From contig NC_043021.1 of the NCBI RefSeq assembly GCF_006345805.1, forward strand, positions 22,444,001 through 22,508,000: 64,000 nt of DNA, read 5' to 3'. The notes under the pieces were generated by a model. It made no database searches, was not told the origin of the DNA, and worked only from the letters and a program-made list of their open reading frames with translations. Both the position numbers and the translations under genes were made by a program. Shown piece after piece: positions 52,991-64,000 of this stretch (the stretch's first letter is position 1; each line of letters begins with the position of its first letter). Source of the DNA: Octopus sinensis. Its lineage: Eukaryota.

Positions 52991-53481
52991 TATTTTTTAG
53001 AAGGTAAAAATAAACGTTTAAAAATAGGAACAATTAAATTCAGTGAAAATAGATTTCACTTCTAGTAATCTCCGGGATACGACGAAAAATGTGACGTCCA
53101 TACTTACATGAGGTATTCCTAATTTCATTTCTGGATTTCCTCCCACTCACGTTCACTCTCATTTCTGGTGTTTTAATTTCTCTTTTTCTCACCTGAGTCT
53201 CAGTAATCCTTTATAAAACCGTTACTGAGGTAAACAGTCTCAGTCAGGTATAAGATTAACCTATAAAATTGTAAACCAAATTTTACTGTTGCCGATACGA
53301 CTGTCGGGCGACCAATTAATTTGATCCAGGAAAGTAATATGGATTTTAATAATAGACTAAATGCTACCTCTAAAGTTCATACAATAATCAAAAAAATTGT
53401 ATCATGCATAAGGTAGGAGGATGCTTCCCCAGACACACAGGAACATTTGCTATCGTTAGTACATTGATGTAAAATGCTACG

Positions 53482-53714
53482 AGGCGGCGAGCTAGCAGAA
53501 ACGTTAGCACGCCGGGCGAAATGCGTAGCCGTATTTCGTCTGCCGTTACGTTCTGAGTTCAAATTCGGCCGAGGTCGACTTTGCCTTTCATCCTTTCGGG
53601 GTCGATTAAATAAGTACTAGTTACGCACTGGGGTCGATATAATGGACTTAGTCCGTTTGTCTGTCCTTGTTTGTCCTTTCTATGTTTAGCCCTTCGTGGG
53701 TAGTAAAGAAATAG
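53482..53714 (+). mobile_element. Full-length SINE family A
   Basis: aggcggcgagctagcagaaacgttagcacg (A-box-like), gagttcaaattcgg (B-box-like), body, tail gtagtaaagaaatag. Confidence 0.92.
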
Positions 53715-53760
53715 ATGTAATATGCTATTGGCTAAACATGGGTAGGCGTACAATACACTA

Positions 53761-53795
<35 letters not shown>

Positions 53796-54962
53796 GTATG
53801 TGTTTTTATCATACACCTTAGTAATAAATCATCAGCTTGCTGGCTTTTGCAATCTACGGCACTAAAAGCACGTAAACGCATGTAAATCTTACACGTATGT
53901 GTACGGATACCAATTTAATATTTTGTTAGAAACTCATCTCATACACACACGTTATATATAAAATGTATGTATTTATACAGAAATATCTTGGTACACACGC
54001 ATGAACAAACTTTCTTTTTTTTCTCCCGCACATTTGTTCATGCTCTCACAAAAATATTTTCTACTCAGAAATAAATAACAAAACTTAATGAAGTTACTGA
54101 AATATTTTCGGAAAATTAAAACAGGAATTTAAACAGCTGAACAATGGAAATGTTGACGAATATCATGAAAGTCTTTCCTTTGATGTATATTGTGATATAT
54201 TCATGTATAGAAGCAGAATTCCATCAAATTACAGAACTAATGTAATGAAGTCAATACAACCAAACCTTTTGATTAATTTATAATAAAACATTACATCGAT
54301 AGTTTCTTTGATTTAAAGTTTTCTATTGCTGTTCTGGTTACATTCCTCTTTCGTTGATATTGCGTTTTGTTTTGAAAATTCTGCTTTCATTATATATTTG
54401 TAAGGATTAATATAATTGAGACATATTTTGTCATTTTGCCTCACGTGAAAATGTCTGTTATGTCCAAACCACATGGAGCACAGAGGTATAAAACAGCGAC
54501 AATTAATTCGTTACCGATGTGAAAAGGACAGATTTGCCGTCGCCATTTCTGATGCTATTCATGGTATTATGGTTACTGAATGCATCGCTGCACCTACCTT
54601 GCTATTACTACTATTTATTAGTATCGTTGGAGAGTCGGACAAAATGTTTTGTATCTCAGCTGGTTGTTTTCATTTTCCGATTCAACTTCGCCTTCATATT
54701 TTCACAGAGGATAAAGCTACAATGTATTTTTTGCGGTGGTTGTAATCAACCTGCGCCTCCTATTGGAATTGTTCACTTGTACTGGGAGAATTATTACTTT
54801 AAATAATACAAACCTCTCCTTACTATTCTTGTAGAAAAAGAATCGTAGTGGTAATTGTTTTTCCAAGATTTGTGTATGAAAAGCTAGACAAAAACATGGC
54901 ACTATACAAAACTACCGCAATGTGAAGACGTTGTTGCGACTAGCAGTATATTACATCCAATA

Positions 54963-55022
54963 CCCTCGGTGTTACAGTTATATAAAATGGGTATGTAGGT
55001 GTGTGTGTGCCTATAATATATA

Positions 55023-55089
<67 letters not shown>

Positions 55090-55150
55090 CACACACCCTC
55101 GGTGTTACAGTGATATAAAATGAGTATGTAGGTGTGTGTGTGTGTCTATA

Positions 55151-55182
<32 letters not shown>

Positions 55183-55200
55183 TATATATACATACATACA
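54963..55200. repeat. Tandem duplication, 133-bp period
   Basis: ccctcggtgttacagt(t/g)atataaaatg(g/a)gtatgtaggtgtgtg starts at both 54963 and 55096, each followed by TG/TA microsatellite. Confidence 0.88.
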
Positions 55201-55824
55201 CAGCGTGTGTATTCGTGAGCGTGTTATTGATAAATATCCCACGATTCCAACCGTTTGTATAAATAAATTAAAGATAAGGTATTTCGTTCTTAGCTATTGA
55301 ATTAAAATTATCGCAGTCTCATTCTCAAGAGTGTAGTGTCTCCGGTGTAGTTGTTACAAGTAAAACAAGACTGATCGAATTCTATAACGTCTCTACAGAG
55401 TACTACTTACAACTACCAAGTTTGTCATCGTCGTCGTCGTGTATTATTGACCTCAACGTGGACCTGTGTCTGTAATACCGAAGTTGAGCGAGGTTTTTCT
55501 TTCCATCTTCAATGCTCTATTATTGTAATTTATTCTTGTTATTATCTCTATCAACCACCGGTTAATCACAAGATAATCATTGATAATTCCTGCTCTTTGA
55601 AGAATAATAGCCGTAGTTAACACCAATGTTTGAGATGATTTTCAGGCCTAAGGAGGAAGAATGAGTACTAGCTGACCTGTGGCTACCCGGTCCTTCCTCA
55701 TAGCTTCACGTTCCCATTACCTAGAAGGTAGTGTAAATCAATTTACAGTAACTCATGGTTGCAGTAAAATGTTGTGTGAGTGGAAGTTCCCATTTTCTTA
55801 CAGGGAGATACAGGAAGATTATAT

Positions 55825-56755
55825 ACACAGGGTGCATAAGAGATTTTAGGACATACGTTTTGGGGGTTATCGCTGCATTTGTTGCTAACAGTGTTTAATC
55901 GTTGTTTCAGAAAATAATTGCAGGCCCTCAGCTTACACAAGAAATGAAGCCGCATGCTGTAATCATAATTATAAACGCTGAGCATATCGATTTAGAAATA
56001 TCTCGGTTTTTAAAATTCACCAGATGTTTCGTCTACAAATTTTGTAAGGATCTGGAGACCGAAGACGAAACGTTCACCAGTATCGAAGCATAAAAAGGGT
56101 TATAAACGCTCCGGACTCATGAGAACACCTGAATGTATTCAGCAAGGTCGGTCAACAGACCATTTATTACAATCCCAGGAGGTCCATGAGGTCAGTTGCA
56201 ACAGATCTCGACGTGTCGTCACAAAGACATCATTTTTATATGATGAGGAAAGGCAAAGTTGTCAGAAAAATCAAACGAAATGCACTACATCAGATCTAAA
56301 ATGCGCTTAAACAACCTGAAAAATCCAGCTGATGATTCGATTTGGTTTTTCTAAAAGTATCAAACATGGCTCTAGTAACACAGGAATAGATGGCTGAAGA
56401 TGTTCATGGTTGCATAACCCATAACATATGCCTCCTAAATCCCCAGATCATAATCCATTGGACTATTATATGTGGAACGCTTTTGAGAGTGATGTCAGTG
56501 ATGACGTCCATATCACTAAAGATTCTTTGAAAGCTGCCATTGTTAGAATAATATCCGAAATGAAAGAGGGTCACTTTACTCGAGGATGTAGGGGATTTAG
56601 GTCTCATATAAAGCGGTTATTGTAGCTGAAGGTGGCTTTACTGAATGACATTATAGAAAAGGTTTATTGTTATCCACAGTCTTTGGTAAAGTTATATGTT
56701 ATTAAATATTTTTTTCTTTATATAAACATAAATCTGTCGTCAAATATCGCACCGT
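55825..56755 (+). mobile_element. Internally deleted, frameshifted Tc1/mariner transposon (maT/DD37D-like)
   Basis: MKPHAVIIIINAEHIDLEISRFLKFTR (from 55944), RTPECIQQ, LNNLKNP...IWFF, TQE*MAEDVH, PPKSPDHNPLDYYMW...TKDSLKAAIVRI...AEGGFTE* (stop 56646-56648). SPDLNPLDY-type motif; degenerate terminal inverted repeats (cagggtgc... / ...gtcaaatatcgcacc). Confidence 0.85.
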
Positions 56756-56778
56756 CTCTCACCCCTTCTCTCTCTCTC

Positions 56779-56813
<35 letters not shown>

Positions 56814-57846
56814 CGTGTGTGTACGTGATTTTGTCTTTCGCAAAACATCACGTATGCGAGAAAGTCGGAAACAGCGGCTTTTGGAACGAGCTACGAAATG
56901 TCTATTCTTTTGCCTCCATTTATTGACAATGATTTGTGGCCATCACCACCAAGTCTTTATTGAACCAGTGAATGGTTCGACAAGCTCGAAACCTTTACAG
57001 TTCAATAGTTCCCGGGTAAATGAAGAAAAATGAATGAATAAATGATGTATGATACGCATGTGAACTAACTTCGACATCGATAAGTAATATTCTAAGTTAA
57101 AACTATGTCCACCTGTTGCTCTAACTTTCCGACTTTCAGTTGCTAGGCAATAACTAAATGCTGTGGTGTTGTGGTAGATGTTAAACGAAATATATTTCTA
57201 TATAATATTACCTAATAGAATTATGACATAAGGAAAATTGAATTTAATGCTGTTTGCATCTTTAAAATGACTCTAAAGATTTCCACAACGATGCAATCTA
57301 AAAGAAAAAAAAATAAATTTTATTAAATATAATTCAAAACTGATTACGTTATACCACTTTTTATAAATTAACATGACTTTATCACATACATTTAGATACT
57401 AATTCTCGTATTAGAGGACGTAATGGCATTACGTAAGATATGGAGCTGTGCTGTGCAGGATGAAATATATATATTTAGGATATGCACATACATACACAAA
57501 AAGGTAAAATGCGGATAATATAATTTCATTATTTCATGAAATATGTAAGAGCATAAGAATTCACATGTATCCGGAATACACATATACACATAAATTTGCA
57601 CACTCACCTATCGTGAGTATATTTGTGCAACTTACACAAACGCATACACGTGATACAAAGAATATGCACTAACGATAGGTTCTCAATAAGTTACGAAGTG
57701 TGATTTTTTAATATAAAATCCAGGTATATTACTACATTCTATGATATTAATTTCCCTGCTAAATGCATCATTTCCGAAATGATTCTGCAGAAGGGTTTTA
57801 TGTATGTATTCATGAATACAATCCGTACTCAATCACATGTGTGTGC

Positions 57847-57893
<47 letters not shown>

Positions 57894-58122
57894 AGTGAAG
57901 TATTATTACCGTTATATAAAGTAATAATGAGGTGGGTAGCAATTTCTACTTATACAAATATAATATAAATATTATCTTTGTATTCCATTCCGAGGTAAGC
58001 CTATTTTAAAATATATATTCATTGCCTTGCTCGTATGTATAGTTATGATAATATTTACGGTGGTTTTCTGAAGTTGTCGCATTGATTTGTAGCAAGGAGT
58101 ATGCTTACCCTACGTTTCTTAC

Positions 58123-58192
58123 CTGTCTGTGCTGAGATAATACAACTTGCAATACAAATAAAGGATGTTTGAATATCTGCCGTGAATTGCAT
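58123..58192 (-). CDS. Candidate signal-peptide exon (possibly the first coding exon of the Ly6 gene)
   Basis: ATG at 58192 gives MQFTADIQTSFICIASCIISAQT+G, ending in a strong donor CAG|GTAAGA in phase 1. In-frame upstream ATGs at 58213 and 58261. The link to the exon at 23080 is unproven. Confidence 0.3.
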
Positions 58193-58865
58193 TATTTCGG
58201 AGTTATAAGGCATTTCGGGCTTAATGTCACGTAGGGAAACGAGAGGCAGAATAAACCGCATCTCATGGATAGCGAAATTCGTGTTGCAGGTTTAGGAAAT
58301 TTTGAAACTAATGCAATTCCAGCATACTTTTCACTAATTATTCTATTCCAAGACATACATATGATCCAAGATTCGAGGAGTAGGAATAAAGATAGCTTCA
58401 AGCAATTCTTAGTAAATACAAAAAAAAACCCAACTTCCAGGATAAGTTATGATTTATTGAGATTATATATATATAAAGAGAAGAGCATGTATAGTTAGTG
58501 GTTAATGATTATTTATTAATAAATTGATAATCATTTCCACCTACAGCTGTTTCGATTTATTTAAATGGAAACACCTGTGGGAAGAATGGATTACGTATTT
58601 ATTAATAAATAATTATGAACCACTGACTCTCCATTTTCTTCTTACATTAATACGGATTATATCATTATTAGTTTAAGAGATTTATTTTCCCAAATATATA
58701 ATGTATAGAAGCAGTGTTTCCTGAAATGTTATCATCCCTTTCAGAGGTTAATATATCCTCTAATTAAGTAATATAAACTATGATTGATTGATTGATTCTA
58801 GTTTCAGCTTATGAGCTGTGGCCATGCTGGGGCACAGCCATTTGGTGTTGCTACTTGGTTTCACT

Positions 58866-58991
58866 TCACGAAAGCTTTCTAGCAACTGCCATTTGGTGCA
58901 TGAGAGAGTTCGATGCAGCTGCCCTCATCTGCCCCTCCTGCCGTGAAGTTGGTTCATCTGGGACACCTGACAGGAAGAGATCCAGCTTCAT
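58866..58991 (-). mobile_element. Non-LTR retrotransposon RT C-terminal fragment
   Basis: KLDLFLSGVPDEPTSRQEGQMRAAASNSLMHQM resembles the LD-x-FL-x-x-(I/V)PD(E/Q)P...RAA-x-SNSL end seen in invertebrate LINE ORF2 proteins. GC-rich patch. Confidence 0.6.
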
Positions 58992-59177
58992 TTAAAAAAT
59001 TCATTTGTTTTATCTAAATGAACAAGATGTTTGTACATTCACAAGTTCGAGAAAGGAACGAAAGCGGCAATATTAATGAAGGAATATTGTTTTCCAAATG
59101 TCTAACGACGTTATTTTTCTAATTCTTCAATTTCTGCACATCACATTATTTATACAGACAGACAGACATACACACAC

Positions 59178-59261
<84 letters not shown>

Positions 59262-60314
59262 GAGAGATGTTCTTTCCTACGTAGACATACAACACAGTGT
59301 TGTAAATATTTATATTTCGTATTTATTTATTACATAACAAAAATAAAATTTCAGAATTATCTCTCCTAAACTAAGTTAATGAAGTAGTGACGTTGTTGCA
59401 TTGTTGCCATACCTTATATTCACCTTTGATATACGCACATACACTCAGGTATTGCATCTCTGAACAAAACAATAAAAATATGAATGGAAACATTGAAATA
59501 TCTTAAATCCGGCGTTAAATGCTTTCTTTTTCGACTTTGACAATCTTAAGTACACCTGCTACCTTCTAAACGTACGTAGAAGTGTCTATAATAATCATAC
59601 CTAACCATACATTAGCACAGAATATAAAATATCCGGAGAAGATTAAACTCATAAACTGCTCAGTGTTTGATATAATATCTCTAGGCGCATATACACACAT
59701 CATATTTCACAAATGCAATGATTTTTATATTGTATATATCATGTTGATTCAAATTACAACTGGTGAACATTCAGCCGTTAGAAATATAGCGAAATCTCTT
59801 CGTAATTCCGACCAAATGTTATAATTTAAAATGGCCGACATAAAGTAATACGTATCCACAGCGCACCAGATTGGCGCCGAATTATGTTGGCGTATTACAT
59901 AACTGGTTATCCAAGTATAATATGTACCTGAAATAAATGTTACATATTCCTTCTTGGCTGTGTGTATGTGTCCGTGTGTGTGCGTGTCGAGCGCGCGGTA
60001 TAAATATTTTAGGTGATGCTTGGTTTTATAATGCGTGAATCTACAAAAACTCCCCCAAAAAAGCATACAAACTAGAATATACTAAAATGGAGTAAGACCA
60101 GCATATAAACCTGTGTAGAAATGTTTCAGTTTATATAGTCAAACCACATAGGCGGGAATACATTTTAAACGTAGTGTAAGCTATATTTTTAAGATACTTT
60201 TTACCTATCTATATAGAAGTTTTGATGTATTCGAAAGATCCGAAAAAATTCCATGTAGAATCGTTTATTCGTTTATATATATACATATATATGTATGTAT
60301 ATCGAAACACGTAC

Positions 60315-60372
<58 letters not shown>

Positions 60373-61364
60373 GTATATATATATGTATATATATAATATA
60401 TATATATACAATCTCATCTATGCTCGCATACACACACTTTCACACTTAAACACACTCATACGCACACGCCATTGTCGATCTAATGCAGTAATCCATGTAT
60501 TTCTCCGATCCTTTTCCCCCAACTTAATGATAACCGACGTCGTTGGATATAACTGGTCACAGACAGTATCATCTTGACACCGACAGATGTTGGCTTTTAG
60601 ATATCCATTACTATAGTGAAGCATATTTAAACTGCCTAACCCTCTCATAATATGATTACATCTCCTAGTTATTCCCATCATGATAAGCATCAACGAAGGA
60701 CTCGAATTCATATTTTCTGCTAAGTCCATAATTGATCAAAATCACTTTTGTGTATGGTTTTCAATTCCACCACTAAAAGTATTTGCTTCTAGATCAGTAC
60801 ACAGATATATTTGATTTATTACGTGTGTATGTGTATTTTTGTAAAATCTGTCACGAAGGTGTATGGAATTTTAGCAGTATAAAGAGGTAATTTTTGTTTC
60901 AAATCCCTGCGGTACAAAACAGTTTTTTTTTTTTTAATATTGTCTCTTAGCAGGCTATGTTAATATTCCATCATCTAGTTAAAGTCCTCAACAATCTTGC
61001 AGTAATGTGTTACGAGCCCCTGCTATGTGTCTTGTAATTTAGCGATATTCAAATAACTACTTCACAAGACATAGCTGAGTTCTCACGTTTTTTCAACTTT
61101 GCAGTGCTTCATGTACAAAACGGAATGCTGTTTAGATCAACCGTTTCGTTCGTTGTTGTATCCTAACCCAATGCTACATCTAATTCAATTATCATAACTT
61201 AGCCTGTTATGTTATTACTGTGATGTTTTGAGACCAAAATTAAACGCAGCTGCATTTTACAAAAGTTATTATACACCAGCGCTGTTCTTCATTCGCTCAC
61301 ACATACCATTACGTATATATGAATATGCAGCTGTGTCTGTGTATATATGTAAGTGCGTGTGTAT

Positions 61365-61385
61365 CTGTGTATATATATATTATAT

Positions 61386-61431
<46 letters not shown>

Positions 61432-61642
61432 TATATTTGTGTGTATATATATATATATATATATTATATTTGTGTGTATATATATATTATATATATATAT
61501 TATATTTGTGTGTATATATATATATATATATATATTATATTGTGTGTATATATATTATATATATATATATATCATATTTGTGTGTGTATATATATAAATA
61601 TATCATATTTGTGTGTGTGTATATATATATATATATCATATT

Positions 61643-61677
<35 letters not shown>

Positions 61678-62095
61678 CTATATATATATATATTATATTT
61701 GTGTATATATATATATATTATTATATTTGTGTATATATATATATATATATATTATATTTGTGTGTATATATATATATATATATATATTTGTGTGTATATA
61801 TATATATATATATTATATTTGTGTGTATATATATATTATATATATATATATTATATATATATATTATATATATTATATTTGTGTGTTATATATATATATA
61901 TATATTATATTTGTGTGTATATATATATATATATTATATTTGTGTGTATATATATATATATATATTATATTTGTGTGTATATATATATATATATTATATT
62001 TGTGTATATATATATATATATATTATATTTGTGTATATATATATATATATATTATATTTGTGTGTGTATGTATGTATATATATATATATATTGTG
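61365..62095. repeat. Minisatellite: about 20 units of (TA)n-ttatatttg-(TG)n
   Basis: Recurrent attatatttgtg core with variable TA and TG lengths. Source of the spurious 311/260/165-aa ORFs. Confidence 0.92.
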
Positions 62096-62408
62096 CGTGT
62101 GTGTGCTTGAATATAGTTTGCGCTTCCATATATAAATGCGTGTGTGTGTGCATGCACGTGTAAATATGTATGTGCATATGTCCTTGTGTGTGGGCATGTG
62201 GTTCTATATGATTAATAGTTTGTTTTTTGAAAGACTTTGAATTAATGTTTGTAAATATCTTAACATGCATCCGTTTTGTCGCTATTTAACAGTAAATATT
62301 GAAATAGAACAATATTTTTGGTAGCAACAGCATTAACTAATGACATTTTAACGATGTGTTATGGCTTAAAACATTCATTTTATGGAAAATGCTTTGTGAC
62401 GCCGCACC

Positions 62409-62790
62409 TGAATATTATATCTGTACAACATACAAGATGGTGCAAAAGTAGGTATCTAGGTAAGAAAAAGAGAAAACACGGACAATACTCATTTATACGA
62501 TAAAAGTATCATTATTATTGACACTGAAAATATTAAAAAAATGAATATTATATCTGTAATATTATATCTGAATATTATATCTGTACAGCATACAAGATGG
62601 TGCGAAAGTATGTATCCAGGTAAGAAAAAAAGAAAACACGGAAAATACTCATTTATACGATAAAAGTATTATAGTTATGATAAAGGTATCATTATTATTA
62701 ATGGCACTGAAAATATAAAAAAATGAGGTTAACTAATTTAAAGTGCTGATAATTGTAACGACTTAAGTATTATACCTATTTTTGCATACA
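62409..62790. repeat. 160-bp tandem duplication inside a MITE-like element
   Basis: tgaatattatatctgtaca...catacaagatggtgc(a/g)aaagta...ggtaagaaaaa...atactcatttatacgataaaagtat starts at 62409 and 62569. tgcaaaagtaggtat is mirrored by atacctatttttgca near 62772-62786. Confidence 0.7.
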
Positions 62791-63533
62791 AGCGAAATTA
62801 GCTACACATAATCTGTACCTCAGACAATACACTTCAATACCTAAACACTAAAGATTAAAGATGTTTACATACTAACGCTAGGGAGTAAATTCACAATATA
62901 TATTCAGATTAATAGTTAAGAAAATTTAATGGAAAATAAACTGAAACGTGGATAAAACATGAAACAATTTACACTAAATTTGCTGTGGTGAATGTACAAA
63001 GAAAAGAAAATGGGTGAACGGTACCTGGATACAAATATACAGCAGCGATAAATTTGTAGAGAAAGCGCATGCGTATATTATTTTGGCTAATGTAAACTAT
63101 ATGAGAAACAATGGCTTTTATGTACGTTCTCTCGAATTTATGTACAGTTAGTTATGTGAAGTGGAAGTAAGTGCTACGATTAAATTCTACTCTATTGAAA
63201 TAAAGAAATACATTCTGTAAGGAGGAGGGAGAGAGATGACTATTCCAAGTAGCTATTTCGTTCGGGGATGAAAAAAAAAAGAGATATCATATTCTTGCGA
63301 GAAATAAATTAGGATTAATAAGCTTGGGTGCTGGGAATGGAGATAAAGAAGCAAGATTTAAAGACTATAGTTAATAAGGCACACAACGTGAGATGGAGAA
63401 TTAAAAAAAAATGTTATTCAGATGGAAAAGAGATAAGAAATGCTAGACGTAGTCACAAATTTTACTCCACACATAACCATGCAAACTATTCACAGAAGCA
63501 CAGTGACGGAGAACCAATCATGTCATCGGACAA

Positions 63534-63880
63534 CACCTATTTCTTTACTACCCACAAAGGGCTATACACAGAGAGGAAAGACGAAAGGATTAAGTCGATT
63601 ATATCGACCCCAGTGCGTAACTGGTACTTGTTTAATCGACCCCGAAAGAATGAAAAGCAAAGTTGACCTCGGCGGAATTTGAATTCAGAGCGTAGCGGCA
63701 GACGAAATGCCTATTTCTTTACTTGTTTGAATTATTGGACTGCGGCCATTCCAGGGCAACACCTTGAAAGATGTAGTCGAGGATCTCAACACAAGTACAT
63801 AGTTTTAAGTTATTACTTATTTGACCTGCACATTTCCGAACCATTACTCTACGAGACACGTAAGCAAACTTGTGTGTAGG
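63534..63880 (-). mobile_element. SINE family A body abutting a family B tail fragment
   Basis: Family A body to gacgaaatgcc (about 63711), then tatttctttacttgtttg...ggactgcggccattccagggcaacacc. Confidence 0.8.
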
Positions 63881-64000
63881 AACAGTCTCGCACACTCATA
63901 TACATGGGGTTGTGTATACACACACATGCACACAAAGGCGTTGGTTCGTTCAAATACAAGTACTGGCCCAAGATGCTCGCTATGGTATTGAACCGAAAAC

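Noticed and set aside
54519-54806. 95-aa plus-strand ORF with hydrophobic N-terminus
   Set aside because: GTG start, no recognisable domain, and composition typical of T-rich non-coding DNA.
60418-60729. 103-aa minus-strand ORF containing ICRCQDDTVCDQ
   Set aside because: Cys spacing does not fit an LU domain, the ORF ends in microsatellite, and it lies upstream of the candidate signal exon. Length is within chance expectation.
61228-62163. Longest ORFs in the track (311, 260 and 165 aa)
   Set aside because: Translations are IYIY/CVYI runs across a TA/TG minisatellite that happens to lack in-frame stops. The same applies to the many IYIY, CVCV and HTHT ORFs at 7.3-7.8, 9.2-10.4, 16-18, 20, 22, 30.7 and 60.2 kb.

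Overview
A very AT-rich eukaryotic window dominated by (TA)n, (CA)n and (TG)n microsatellites and short interspersed repeats. The SINE families look like those I recall from octopus genomes; that taxon call is inference, not a search result. Almost all ORF-track entries ([18 protein letters not shown]) are microsatellite artefacts. One host coding exon is well supported: the minus-strand terminal exon (22845-23080) of a Ly6/uPAR three-finger, GPI-anchored, quiver/sleepless-like protein. Its internal Cys-rich exon(s) could not be located, and a signal-peptide exon at 58123-58192 is only a weak candidate. Mobile-element content: a Penelope-like GIY-YIG fragment with a downstream minimal type I hammerhead-ribozyme fold, nested inside a SINE; two short TA-flanked elements with degenerate hammerhead-like motifs; a CR1-like LINE 3' end; a second LINE C-terminal fragment; two Tc1/mariner relics; two copies of a Lep1/HINE-like non-autonomous rolling-circle element plus a divergent 5' end, all next to (TA)n; and more than 25 tRNA-derived SINE copies or fragments, which show tandem bodies and head/tail shuffling. 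Notable DNA structures are a 415-bp near-perfect palindrome, a microsatellite fold-back, and a 1.7-kb almost pure A/T block with hints of higher-order periodicity.
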